This document shows, piece by piece, positions 48,256-57,836 of a stretch of DNA of 64,000 nt (the first letter of the stretch is position 1; every line of letters begins with the position of its first letter). The notes under the pieces are model-generated. The model searched no databases and had not been told where the DNA came from. It saw nothing but the letters and a program-made list of their open reading frames with translations. The stretch is from a virus. Lineage: Duplodnaviria; Caudoviricetes. The DNA lies in the IMG/VR virus record IMGVR_UViG_3300025389_000010, positions 128,001 to 192,000 of that record; one strand, written 5' to 3'. The translations under genes were made by a program, and so were the position numbers.

Positions 48256-48579
48256 TTATGATGACACTTTTGTTGGTGGAATAGAAGGTTTTGGAAATAA
48301 AGCTAATATGCTCTTTTGAATATCATCATTTGTTTTTCCCAAAAGTTCAGTAATTCTATTTTCAACATCAGTATCGGTAAATTGACCAGCTTGTGTATAT
48401 GTTGGTGTTGTATTTGGACCCCATAAAAGAAGGCTTACGTTTGCTCCTTTAATAAAAGCAGTTGCTGATTTTGAATCATAAGTTATTGACCAATCAATAT
48501 TGTTTAACACAATCGGTGTAATTGGTTTTCCGTTAACTGGATTAGGTGTTAATGTTATTGGTGATGTTAATGTTATCAT
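48256..48579 (-). CDS. Small protein, distant member of family A
   Basis: AFIKG...LLLWG...YTQAGQFTD. Confidence 0.6.
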   Translation of the reverse strand: MITLTSPITLTPNPVNGKPITPIVLNNIDWSITYDSKSATAFIKGANVSLLLWGPNTTPTYTQAGQFTDTDVENRITELLGKTNDDIQKSILALFPKPSIPPTKVSS

Positions 48580-48587
48580 ATTAATAT

Positions 48588-50234
48588 TTATACTTTAATA
48601 AACCAAGGAAGATTTAATATGCGTGATATAAAACCTCCTGTTGATATATTGTAATATATCGGAGTACCCCAATTAAGAGATGAAATTGTATTTTCTAATG
48701 ATGCTAACGAATTAAAATATACACCACCACCACAAACACCATTACTTCCGCTATTTTGTAATGTAGAATTATCGTAGAAATAAACATTACCGTTTATATA
48801 ACCATTGCCATAATTAACATTATCATAAGAATTATTATAAAAATATGCATCACCATAAATTGTATAATTATTACCAGAATTATCGTAAAATTTTACATTT
48901 TCGTTCACATACAATGTTAAACTATTAAGTGTAGAATTTTCATAAAATATTGCACTGTTTACATTAATTGATGGGTTTTGGTTGTATCCGGTTAATCCAG
49001 AACCGTATATGTGAATGTTTGATCCTGCATCTGGAAGATTTTGTGAACCAATTCCAATTGGTCTTGATGTAAATGTTGTATCCGACCACCAGTTATTTAA
49101 ATCATCCCATATACCAGTTGATCCACTTCCAGATACACTATCATTGAACCATTGTTCAACAACAGCAGGCCAGCCAATATATGTTACTGTACCAGTAACA
49201 ATTCCACCAATTGGATATAAACCATTTCCGCTGGAATAATAAACAGTTGCATTTCCAGTAATTGTTCCGTAATTGTAAGAAGAATCAGTAAAAGATACAT
49301 TTCCAGTAACATGACCATTTGATCCTAAAGAACTTTGATTATAAAAATAAAATGCACCATTCCCGTTTGCATCAAAAACGTAACTATTAAAAACAGAAGC
49401 ATCAGCACAACGACATACATGATCACCATATGTGTTTTGGGTAACATTACCATATATTTGTGCTTCGGTAATATTTGTAGGGTGAGACGTTGCTGCCACA
49501 GTAAAAGTAGAATTTTTCCACCAATTACCCAAATCGCCCCAATCTCCATTATTATTTGCATTATTATAATACAAAACAGAAAATGGATAGCTATTACCAA
49601 CACCAGCAGCATAAAGTGCCGAAACTTCGACAGAATTGAGTGCCCTGTTCCAGATTCCTATTTCATCCGCAAGACCAGTATATTCGTTATTTAAATTATT
49701 ATCATTTGAACCAAAAAAACCAAGAGAAGTAAAATGTTGCGGAAATCCGTATGAACCAACAGCACTAGAACCTATATTCGTATTATCCAAATAATATTTT
49801 GCAGACCCATCCGAATCTATCGATATTACAATATGATGCCAACTATCATCTAATATATTTATATTATAAAGATTACCCCAAATACTAAGTTTTGAACCAC
49901 CAAACGCTTGTGTCATTCCAAAATCATAAGATGGAAACCCACCACCACTGGAATAAGTTGTAATAAAAACTTGTTGACTATCGGTTTGCGTAGAACTGGG
50001 TTTAACCCAAAAAGAAACACTAAAAGCATTAAAATCAGCAGGAAAATTTGCCTGTAAGTTTCTTGCACTACCATCAAAAATAGCACAACCACCAATCTTC
50101 CCTTGTGAGTAGAATGGAACATCACCGTTATTGGTTAATGTGCTACCGTTTGATGTGGAATCAAGAAGACTTAATCCACCACTTCCATCATTGTCAAGTT
50201 TCCAATAAGCTACAATTCCATCAAGCAATGACAT
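48588..50234 (-). CDS. LamG-domain virion surface protein with beta-helix-like repeats
   Basis: GIVAYWKLD...DEIGIWNRAL LamG unit; two G.W....NWW repeats. Confidence 0.75.
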   Translation of the reverse strand: MSLLDGIVAYWKLDNDGSGGLSLLDSTSNGSTLTNNGDVPFYSQGKIGGCAIFDGSARNLQANFPADFNAFSVSFWVKPSSTQTDSQQVFITTYSSGGGFPSYDFGMTQAFGGSKLSIWGNLYNINILDDSWHHIVISIDSDGSAKYYLDNTNIGSSAVGSYGFPQHFTSLGFFGSNDNNLNNEYTGLADEIGIWNRALNSVEVSALYAAGVGNSYPFSVLYYNNANNNGDWGDLGNWWKNSTFTVAATSHPTNITEAQIYGNVTQNTYGDHVCRCADASVFNSYVFDANGNGAFYFYNQSSLGSNGHVTGNVSFTDSSYNYGTITGNATVYYSSGNGLYPIGGIVTGTVTYIGWPAVVEQWFNDSVSGSGSTGIWDDLNNWWSDTTFTSRPIGIGSQNLPDAGSNIHIYGSGLTGYNQNPSINVNSAIFYENSTLNSLTLYVNENVKFYDNSGNNYTIYGDAYFYNNSYDNVNYGNGYINGNVYFYDNSTLQNSGSNGVCGGGVYFNSLASLENTISSLNWGTPIYYNISTGGFISRILNLPWFIKV

Positions 50235-50239
50235 ATTAT

Positions 50240-50521
50240 TTATACAATAGTTGTGGAGAGGTTTTGAAGATTATTACTTCCATCATATGTTATAGTAATT
50301 GTTGCAACTGTAACATTATTTAATTTTAAAGTAATATTTTGTGGTTTGTCTGTAGCAACATAATTAGTTGCTACAATTTGATCATATACTGGTAATTTCA
50401 ATTGACCTAAATTTTGAACCGCTCTTGCATAAAAAGGTGCGTCACCATTGACTGTTACCCAAGAATGATCGGCTGGTTCGTAATGAAGTTGTGCGTTTGC
50501 TGCTAATGGATCGAGTGACAT
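50240..50521 (-). CDS. Small protein, paralog family B
   Basis: SWVTVNGD..FYARAVQN. Confidence 0.55.
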   Translation of the reverse strand: MSLDPLAANAQLHYEPADHSWVTVNGDAPFYARAVQNLGQLKLPVYDQIVATNYVATDKPQNITLKLNNVTVATITITYDGSNNLQNLSTTIV

Positions 50522-50671
50522 ATACTATTACTTATCTTTTAAATATACTTAATAACCTTTGCCAGAAACTTTTTTTCTTAAGCAAAAGAGGTCTTTTGGT
50601 TGGCGTTGGTTCTTCCTCTTCATACCTAAAATCTCTATAAACTCTGCTCGTTGTATAATTTACTTTATTTT

Positions 50672-51556
50672 TCATACTCTATAATTTATATCATTGTTTC
50701 TATTCACTACTGTAGATTTTTTTGGAAATTCATCTTTAATGTATTCATTTGAATTAACTAATGCAGATTCTTCAGAATTTTCCACTTTAGTTAATTCCTT
50801 TTTAAAACCGTCGAATTCGACGGGTTTACGTTCTATTAAAGAATTATAAGCTAAAACTAATGCAACTGCCAAAGGATCAAATACTAAAACAATAGCAAGC
50901 GTAAACCATTTAACAATTGTGTCCATGTCAACACCAAAAGCTTTAGCAACATATTTAAGCGTTCCAATGTCAACTTCTTTCGATCCTTCAATCTTCTCTT
51001 GGATTGTGTCCTGATTAACTCGAAATAGTTCATTTGTAAGTTCATCAATTCTAGCTCTTGTTGAACTGATTTCTTCGCCTGATCTTCTAATATCATCATA
51101 TACTGGTCGAGCCGATTTCGATGACATCTGTTGTAACCTTTTCTCTTGCGATTTCCTTGCTTCATTTAAAGTATTTATTCTTTCGTTAAGTTGTTTTATT
51201 TCAGTATTTAAGAATTCCTTCTTGGAATTCAATGCTTCTTGTTTGGTGTCTGTAAGTTCAACTTTAACATGACTCTGTTGATAAGCACCTGTTAAAAATC
51301 CAAAAATACCAAGAGATGTTATACCCATTAAAACAACAACGGCTATTGTTAAATACAATTTAAGTAACCAACCGGTTGTTTTCCAGTATCTATGTAGAAA
51401 AGAAGCTGCTACTAATTTTCCCACTTCAAGTCCACCTGCCATTACACAAACGGCAATATATCGAGCAGCATAAAGTGTTGCCAAACCTTGTACCGAAAAG
51501 AATGCTGCACAACCAGCAACTATCAAAGCTACGATTCCAACTAAAGCAGTAAACAT
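50672..51556 (-). CDS. Multi-TM coiled-coil membrane protein
   Basis: Three N-terminal TM helices, a long coiled coil, then VFDPLAVAL helix. Confidence 0.7.
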   Translation of the reverse strand: MFTALVGIVALIVAGCAAFFSVQGLATLYAARYIAVCVMAGGLEVGKLVAASFLHRYWKTTGWLLKLYLTIAVVVLMGITSLGIFGFLTGAYQQSHVKVELTDTKQEALNSKKEFLNTEIKQLNERINTLNEARKSQEKRLQQMSSKSARPVYDDIRRSGEEISSTRARIDELTNELFRVNQDTIQEKIEGSKEVDIGTLKYVAKAFGVDMDTIVKWFTLAIVLVFDPLAVALVLAYNSLIERKPVEFDGFKKELTKVENSEESALVNSNEYIKDEFPKKSTVVNRNNDINYRV

Positions 51557-51619
51557 ATCTAATACTTACTGTTTATAAATATCTGATACAAAAGTATTAT
51601 CCAAAGTACCATCAACACA

Positions 51620-52270
51620 TTAATTATAAGATATAAAGGTAGCAAAAACTGTTTTATTTGCACTACTAGCTTTAATTGCTACTTCGCTAGTATTACCAAC
51701 CAATTTAAGATCTACAGATGTGTTATTATCAATCGGTAAACCTATTGTTTTAGAAGCATTTTTAATATACATGGTGTCACCTGTATTATTTAAAATTGTT
51801 ATTTCGTTAGCTGGATTTGAAGGAAGAGTTGTATATGTTGATGAATTAATAGCAGCACTCAATACATCCCAATTTGTAACAGTTGTGGATTGGAGATTAT
51901 TTACAAAAACATTTAATGCACTGTTAGTTATTATTGCATAATTTCCTGAAGGATCACCAATAGTAAAACTATCATGTTGAGAATCTAAATCTTGAGTCAG
52001 AACCCTTAATGCACCTTGTCCAACACCAACAGAAACAACATTTGCATTTAAACCAGTATCTGGATCTGCTATATTGAAATCACCTATTGCAACGTGATCA
52101 GCAGAAAGACTTATTACCAAATCATTTAGATTTGTTATATAAGAAGCTCTTGCCGTTATTGGTCTACCAGCATTGCTATCGACTACAATTAATTCACTAT
52201 CATACTGAGAGGTTGAACGTAAAGGTAGGGCTGAAAGATTGTTCGTTAATGCATAGTTAGACATTAACAA
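51620..52270 (-). CDS. Beta-rich virion-type protein, family B related
   Basis: VVDSNAGRPITARASYITN. Confidence 0.55.
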   Translation of the reverse strand: MLMSNYALTNNLSALPLRSTSQYDSELIVVDSNAGRPITARASYITNLNDLVISLSADHVAIGDFNIADPDTGLNANVVSVGVGQGALRVLTQDLDSQHDSFTIGDPSGNYAIITNSALNVFVNNLQSTTVTNWDVLSAAINSSTYTTLPSNPANEITILNNTGDTMYIKNASKTIGLPIDNNTSVDLKLVGNTSEVAIKASSANKTVFATFISYN

Positions 52271-52284
52271 TACTTATTTCTTTT

Positions 52285-52488
52285 TTATTTTTTTTTCAAA
52301 TCTATTTGATATATACCAGTTTTAGCACTACCATAGTTTACTATAGTTCCTGTATATCTTTCGTTATCGTAATTAAACCTTATCATATCACCCTCTTCTA
52401 ATACCAAATCAGGGTGTGTGGTGTTATAATCTCCCAAATCAATATAAAAAATATTATTTTCTTTATTTATAAAGTCTTCTATTTTCAT
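52285..52488 (-). CDS. Small hypothetical protein
   Basis: ORF track. Confidence 0.45.
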   Translation of the reverse strand: MKIEDFINKENNIFYIDLGDYNTTHPDLVLEEGDMIRFNYDNERYTGTIVNYGSAKTGIYQIDLKKK

Positions 52489-52710
52489 GCAAATATCGAA
52501 TCAAAGGGTTTTTCTATTACCATTAACACCTTTTCCAAGGCATGTTTATGCTTTTTTAGTTCTTCTATTTTTTTAGTTGCTTCCATAAGCTTATCTATTT
52601 CAATATCTATCTCATCCGAGATGTCTTTTATCTGTTGTTGTATTTCTTCCATTTTATTTATTTTTTATATTTATTCAATACTTTTTGCATTTTATTTATA
52701 AGTAGTCATA

Positions 52711-53397
52711 ATGGATTCTTTAAATGACAAGATATGGGGCAAAGATGGCAAAATTATACCCATCGTTAGAGACAAGTTGCTCAAACTCGCACATAAGATC
52801 ATAAATGAGGTTGAAACAAAGGTAAAGGTTAAACATATCTATTTTACAGGCTCACTTGCTGGTTATAATTGGACACCAATGAGTGATATTGATGTTCATA
52901 TTATTGTTGATATTCTTGAAAATCATACGGATAAAACTTTGAGTGATTATTTCGATCTTATATGCAAAATGTTTAATAGTCAACATTTTATTTTTATAAA
53001 AGGTTATAAGGTTGAAGTTAACATGAAAGAAAAAGAAGGATATGTTGAAGGTAAAGCAATATATGATTTATTAAAAGACAAATGGGTTGTTAAACCGACA
53101 TCCAATAAAAGAAGTTTAAACGATCCCGATGTAATGGAACTTACAAAAAAATACGAAAAAAGAATAGACAAAATAATTGACCATAGAGGAAGTATTGATG
53201 ATGCAGTTGATTTAAAACAAGAAATAAAAGATTTAAGAACAACCGGACTCAAGCACGGTGGAGAATATTCAATCGGCAATCTTGTTTTTAAGAATCTCAG
53301 AAATTCCGAATACATTGCAAAACTTTTCAATTACAAAAACAAATTGGAAGACCAAGAACTTTCATTAGAAAAACTTTGTGTCAGTACTTCTTGGTAA
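52711..53397 (+). CDS. Pol-beta-superfamily nucleotidyltransferase
   Basis: IYFTGSLAGYNWTPMSDIDVHI (hGS...DxD) plus a third acidic strand (VEV). Confidence 0.7.
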   Translation: MDSLNDKIWGKDGKIIPIVRDKLLKLAHKIINEVETKVKVKHIYFTGSLAGYNWTPMSDIDVHIIVDILENHTDKTLSDYFDLICKMFNSQHFIFIKGYKVEVNMKEKEGYVEGKAIYDLLKDKWVVKPTSNKRSLNDPDVMELTKKYEKRIDKIIDHRGSIDDAVDLKQEIKDLRTTGLKHGGEYSIGNLVFKNLRNSEYIAKLFNYKNKLEDQELSLEKLCVSTSW

Positions 53398-53677
53398 TTT
53401 TATTTTTGTTTTTAACAAACCCATCTACCTTACCTGAAGGTTTAGGGAAATTCTCAACAAACTTTTTCATATCTGTTGGTCTTGGTTTTGATCCTTTTCC
53501 TGCCATAATATTATTCCAAATTAGAAGCTGTCTTAACGCAAAGCAAACGAAGCTTTCCTATCAGATTATGAACTTTATTGAACAGAAAACTATTTTCCGC
53601 TGATTCCAAAGACAATAGCCACCTTTCAAATTTGATTGTCATTAACGAAAATTCAATCAAGAGCTTAGTTACGATTT

Positions 53678-54010
53678 TCATTTTTTCTTTGTTGTTTTCT
53701 TTTTTGTTGTTTTCTTTTTGGGTTTTGGTGGAGCAATTATAGCATCAAGTTCTTCTTTTGTAAACTTAAATCCTGTTGATTGTACATTATAAATGTCCAG
53801 AATTGAAAGTCCTTCTTCTGCCAAGAAGTTGATTCTGTTCTTCACACATTCTTGGTTATAAACAGTTATAGGCTCATTTGCAATTTTCTGCAACTCTAAA
53901 AAGATATTTTCCAATTCATTTTCAGAACCATTGTAATAATCATAATACACAGGTTCCGGATTAAAAGATCCACAATTGAAGAAATCTCTGATTTTTTGAA
54001 GAATGCTCAT
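53678..54010 (-). CDS. Hypothetical protein with Lys/Thr-rich tail
   Basis: ORF track. Confidence 0.45.
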   Translation of the reverse strand: MSILQKIRDFFNCGSFNPEPVYYDYYNGSENELENIFLELQKIANEPITVYNQECVKNRINFLAEEGLSILDIYNVQSTGFKFTKEELDAIIAPPKPKKKTTKKKTTKKK

Positions 54011-54040
54011 GTAAACAATTTAACTTGTTTTTTTAATTTG

Positions 54041-54718
54041 TCAAGCAATTGGATTTTTTCTACCACCAAATGCTCCTCCGTGTTGGGCAAGAGCAAAGGC
54101 GGGTGGCATTAAAGATCTTGGTGTTTCGGGATCTTTTTGTTTTAAAATATGTTCGATGAGCTTTGCAAGTTCATCATTTACAATTTGATGGACAGCAATA
54201 TCTTTTTCTTGATTTTGAATAATTTTATTGATTGTTGCTCTAATTTCTTCGTGTTTTAAAAGAAATTTGATATTTTCTTCCTTTTGTTTTTTATCTAAAT
54301 TCTTATAATAATTTTCTAATCTAGATTTAACAGCTTCACCAGCTTTACCGATACCAGCAACAGCAGCTGTTATAATCGCAGGTGTTATCCAAAACATTAT
54401 TTTGTCATGAAAACTTTCTGGACCACTTGTTGTAGTAAACGCATGCCACATTTCTTGAAAGCCCATGAATACTGTTTTTAATGCATCAGATACAGTACCA
54501 AAATCCAAAGCTTCTTTTATTTTACTATATTTCCCGCAATCGCATTTGTCTACTGGTCTGTGACATTCATCACACATATCGGTATGATCGTTGCAATTAC
54601 ACTCTTCTTCTCCGCCACATTCGCATTCATGTGATTCCGTTTCCTCTGTTTCTTCATTGAGATGAACCATGCGATAAGCTTCTTCTAGGCTGATTTGTTC
54701 TTTTGAGTTTGAGTACAT
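54041..54718 (-). CDS. Protein with KEQISLEEAY leader, Cys-rich segment and a TM helix
   Basis: ORF track; TAAGTA upstream. Confidence 0.55.
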   Translation of the reverse strand: MYSNSKEQISLEEAYRMVHLNEETEETESHECECGGEEECNCNDHTDMCDECHRPVDKCDCGKYSKIKEALDFGTVSDALKTVFMGFQEMWHAFTTTSGPESFHDKIMFWITPAIITAAVAGIGKAGEAVKSRLENYYKNLDKKQKEENIKFLLKHEEIRATINKIIQNQEKDIAVHQIVNDELAKLIEHILKQKDPETPRSLMPPAFALAQHGGAFGGRKNPIA

Positions 54719-54740
54719 ATATTAATTACTTACTTGTGTT

Positions 54741-54971
54741 TTATTTCAGATTCAATACTTTATTTAAATCGTTTGCCAGCTTCATGGCAGATGCAATACT
54801 GAGATTGATTAAAATGCCTTCAAAAGATATTTGAATGGTGGTGTCTTCATTGACTTCACCAGTTTCGTCAAATATCTCTTTGATGGTAAAATGTTTGATT
54901 ACAAGATTTAATTTCTTTTTTCTTGCTTTTTCATTTTCTTTTACCCTCATTCTTTTATTATAGTTTACCAT
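54741..54971 (-). CDS. Hypothetical protein
   Basis: ORF track; TAAGTA upstream. Confidence 0.45.
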   Translation of the reverse strand: MVNYNKRMRVKENEKARKKKLNLVIKHFTIKEIFDETGEVNEDTTIQISFEGILINLSIASAMKLANDLNKVLNLK

Positions 54972-55008
54972 TCTATAATACTTATGAGGTTAAATATACG
55001 TAATATTA

Positions 55009-55620
55009 TTAAATACGGTTTTTAGTAAACATATCTGCAAATATATCTGCTACGTCAATGTCAGCTTGAATTGATTCCTTTTCTTTCTCGTCTTGTGTTT
55101 CTTCCTTTTTCTTTTTAAGTTCATCTGATTTATCAATAAGATTATCAACGGTTTTTCTTTTATTTAATCCATCTATTGTATTATTAAAAAACTCTTCTGA
55201 TTTATCATAATTTTCATTTATATTAAGATTTTTTAAGTTAAACCTTTTGGTATTCAACACCTTCCATATTGGTTTAAATGTTCCATTAGAATAAATTCTT
55301 TGAACACATACAATATTTTCACCGGATTCGTTTGTAAAAATTCCAGCAAAAATAAGTGTAGGTCTGGCATCGGTTGTTGGTTGATTTGTATTTAAGTAAC
55401 TTGTATTTTCTATTATTGCTTCTTTTAGTGTCAACGTTGAAGCTAATTTAGGATTAAGATCCGTTGTTTGTGATAACTGTTGCTGTACATCATTTAGAAG
55501 AATTTTTTTATTTTCATCATTTGAGTTATCAACAGGGAAATACCATTCAAAAAATTTTAATCCATCTAAAGTTTGTTCTGATATTTCTATCTTTGATTTT
55601 TGGTCTATTACAATTTTCAT
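55009..55620 (-). CDS. Hypothetical protein
   Basis: ORF track; TAAATA upstream. Confidence 0.55.
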   Translation of the reverse strand: MKIVIDQKSKIEISEQTLDGLKFFEWYFPVDNSNDENKKILLNDVQQQLSQTTDLNPKLASTLTLKEAIIENTSYLNTNQPTTDARPTLIFAGIFTNESGENIVCVQRIYSNGTFKPIWKVLNTKRFNLKNLNINENYDKSEEFFNNTIDGLNKRKTVDNLIDKSDELKKKKEETQDEKEKESIQADIDVADIFADMFTKNRI

Positions 55621-55652
55621 TTTTAATATTTACAACGAGTTGATATTAAGTG

Positions 55653-55672
55653 TATAAATATAAATATAAATA
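55653..55672 (+). promoter_or_regulatory. Three overlapping copies of the T4-type late promoter TATAAATA
   Basis: TATAAATATAAATATAAATA ends 4 nt before the ATG at 55677. Confidence 0.65.
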
Positions 55673-55676
55673 TATC

Positions 55677-56540
55677 ATGCGATTTAACAGAGATCAACAA
55701 AAATTAATGGCATTATACGAATCTGTTTATTCTATAATAAAAGAAGAAGACGATAAACATAAAAAAGGTGAAGCTGGTATGTCACCAAAGCTACAAGATG
55801 CTTTCTATACAAAACTTCACAAAGCAAAGGATGTGGTTTTAGCACTTGATCCTTATGCTTATGGTATTTTAAATCAATTAACCGTAAAACCAACCTTTAC
55901 TGTTGAAACAATGGCTGTTAATCTTAATAAACAAATTTTCATAAATCCAAGGTATATGTTAGAAGAATTATCTGTATACCAAACAGCTGCTGTTCTTATA
56001 CATGAAACAATGCACTATTCGTTAAACAGTTTTCACAGAATGGGCATAAGAGATTTGGAACTTTGGAATATAGCTACTGATTATTTTATCAACATGTATA
56101 TACATAGAGATTTTCAACATATTAGAGTTAGATTACCAAAAGGTGTCATGATGCCGTCAAAAGTTGGTGACAGGTATATAATAAAAAAATACAAAAATCT
56201 TAATATAAACGGGATAGATACATCTAATGGATTAGATATAACAAATCTTACAGCTGAAGCATTGTATGAAATATTTGAAACATTAAGAGAAAGAGGTGAA
56301 AAAACAGAAGAACTAAAAGAAGATGAAGAAAAACAAAAAAAGGTATCTCAACATAACCCCAAACCAAAAGGTCAACCTAAACCATTAGAAGTTGGTAAAG
56401 TGATAAGAGATACAAAAACTGGAGAATACGGTATTGTAACAAGTATTGATGAAAAAACAGGCGAGTTTACATATAAAGAAATTAGTAAAAAAGAAGCATA
56501 CGAAAAAGCAAAAAATGCAAACCCAAGAGTAAACTATTAA
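55677..56540 (+). CDS. Putative metallopeptidase (DUF2201_N-like)
   Basis: TMAV...IFINP, LIHETMH, WNIATDYFIN, TAEALYE. Confidence 0.8.
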   Translation: MRFNRDQQKLMALYESVYSIIKEEDDKHKKGEAGMSPKLQDAFYTKLHKAKDVVLALDPYAYGILNQLTVKPTFTVETMAVNLNKQIFINPRYMLEELSVYQTAAVLIHETMHYSLNSFHRMGIRDLELWNIATDYFINMYIHRDFQHIRVRLPKGVMMPSKVGDRYIIKKYKNLNINGIDTSNGLDITNLTAEALYEIFETLRERGEKTEELKEDEEKQKKVSQHNPKPKGQPKPLEVGKVIRDTKTGEYGIVTSIDEKTGEFTYKEISKKEAYEKAKNANPRVNY

Positions 56541-56543
56541 AAT

Positions 56544-57806
56544 ATGAAAAAACAAAAAATCAAATACGCTAAAATCATAGAATATAAACCACCACAAGGC
56601 GGTGGAGGCGGTGGTGGGGGTCCACAACCACCACCTGAACCAGAACCAGAAAATGTTGAAACCTTTAGTGATGATGAAAAGGATAAACAAAATGGTAATG
56701 ATCAAGAACAAGAAGGTGACGAACAAGATCAAAAAGGTAAAGGTGGTAAAAGCGGTAAAGGTCGCAAAGATGAAAATGATCTTGATGAAGATAATGAAGA
56801 TTTTGAAGGATCTGCCGAAGATGAAGACGGAGAATCCGAAGGTGATGATTTTGGCGACAACAAACAAAAAGGTAAAGGTGGACAAGAAGAAGATGATGAT
56901 GATGACGATTTAACAGAAAAAACAGGAAACGGTGAACATGATTTAGATGATGAAACCCAAAAGGAATTAAATGATCTTGATGATAGTACACCGAAAACAT
57001 ATCAAGATACAGATGGTGGCGAAGAAGGTGGCGAAGAAGGTGGCTATCCCGGCAATCCTGTAGATTTTATAGAAGCTGAAAATTTTAAAAGACAACACGA
57101 AAACTCTGGAAAAAGAGGAATAGGTAAATCATCATTTTATGATAAAGTAAAAAAAATAGATGCGAGTAATTCAAATGTTGCATGGAGAACACTTTTGCGC
57201 AATTTTTTTGGTACAAAATTAATAAGAGAATTAGATCCCGGAAAAATGAAAATAAGAGATGCTGTTTCCATGAGACAGATTAATCCGGGATATACAATAC
57301 ATGAAAATCAAAACCCTGAAATATTAGTACTGGTTGATACATCTGGTTCAGTTTCAGAAAATTCTTTAAGAACATTCATGTGTGAGATCGTCAATATTGC
57401 ATTTAAATCAAAGAAAACACCATTACTTAGAATATTATTTTTTGATGATATAGTTAACCAAGATTTAACAATTGACGTTTTAAAAACAAAACAAGATGAA
57501 ATGTTAAGAATAATGAATAACTTACAAACAACCCGTGATGGAACAACAATACAATGTGTTAAAAAATATTTGGAAGATCCAGAGAAAAATAAAAAAAATT
57601 ATAAGCAAGATAAAAATAAAAAATACGAAGGACTTATAATTTTTACGGATGGTTGTTTAGGAGATGATCTTAGAATGGATCAATTACCAAAACATAAAAA
57701 CATGTTAAACTTTATTATTCAAGATAAGAAAGGTTATAATTGCTTAAATCCTCTAAAAAAATTAAACCCATCAAATACACATTTATTACCATTCATTATA
57801 AAATAA
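56544..57806 (+). CDS. vWA-domain protein (DUF2201 C-terminal-like) with acidic N-terminal linker
   Basis: LVDTSGS MIDAS, GTT, IIFTDG; W..LLR motif. Confidence 0.8.
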   Translation: MKKQKIKYAKIIEYKPPQGGGGGGGGPQPPPEPEPENVETFSDDEKDKQNGNDQEQEGDEQDQKGKGGKSGKGRKDENDLDEDNEDFEGSAEDEDGESEGDDFGDNKQKGKGGQEEDDDDDDLTEKTGNGEHDLDDETQKELNDLDDSTPKTYQDTDGGEEGGEEGGYPGNPVDFIEAENFKRQHENSGKRGIGKSSFYDKVKKIDASNSNVAWRTLLRNFFGTKLIRELDPGKMKIRDAVSMRQINPGYTIHENQNPEILVLVDTSGSVSENSLRTFMCEIVNIAFKSKKTPLLRILFFDDIVNQDLTIDVLKTKQDEMLRIMNNLQTTRDGTTIQCVKKYLEDPEKNKKNYKQDKNKKYEGLIIFTDGCLGDDLRMDQLPKHKNMLNFIIQDKKGYNCLNPLKKLNPSNTHLLPFIIK

Positions 57807-57836
57807 ATTGTAAGTATAAAGGATAAATATTAAAAA

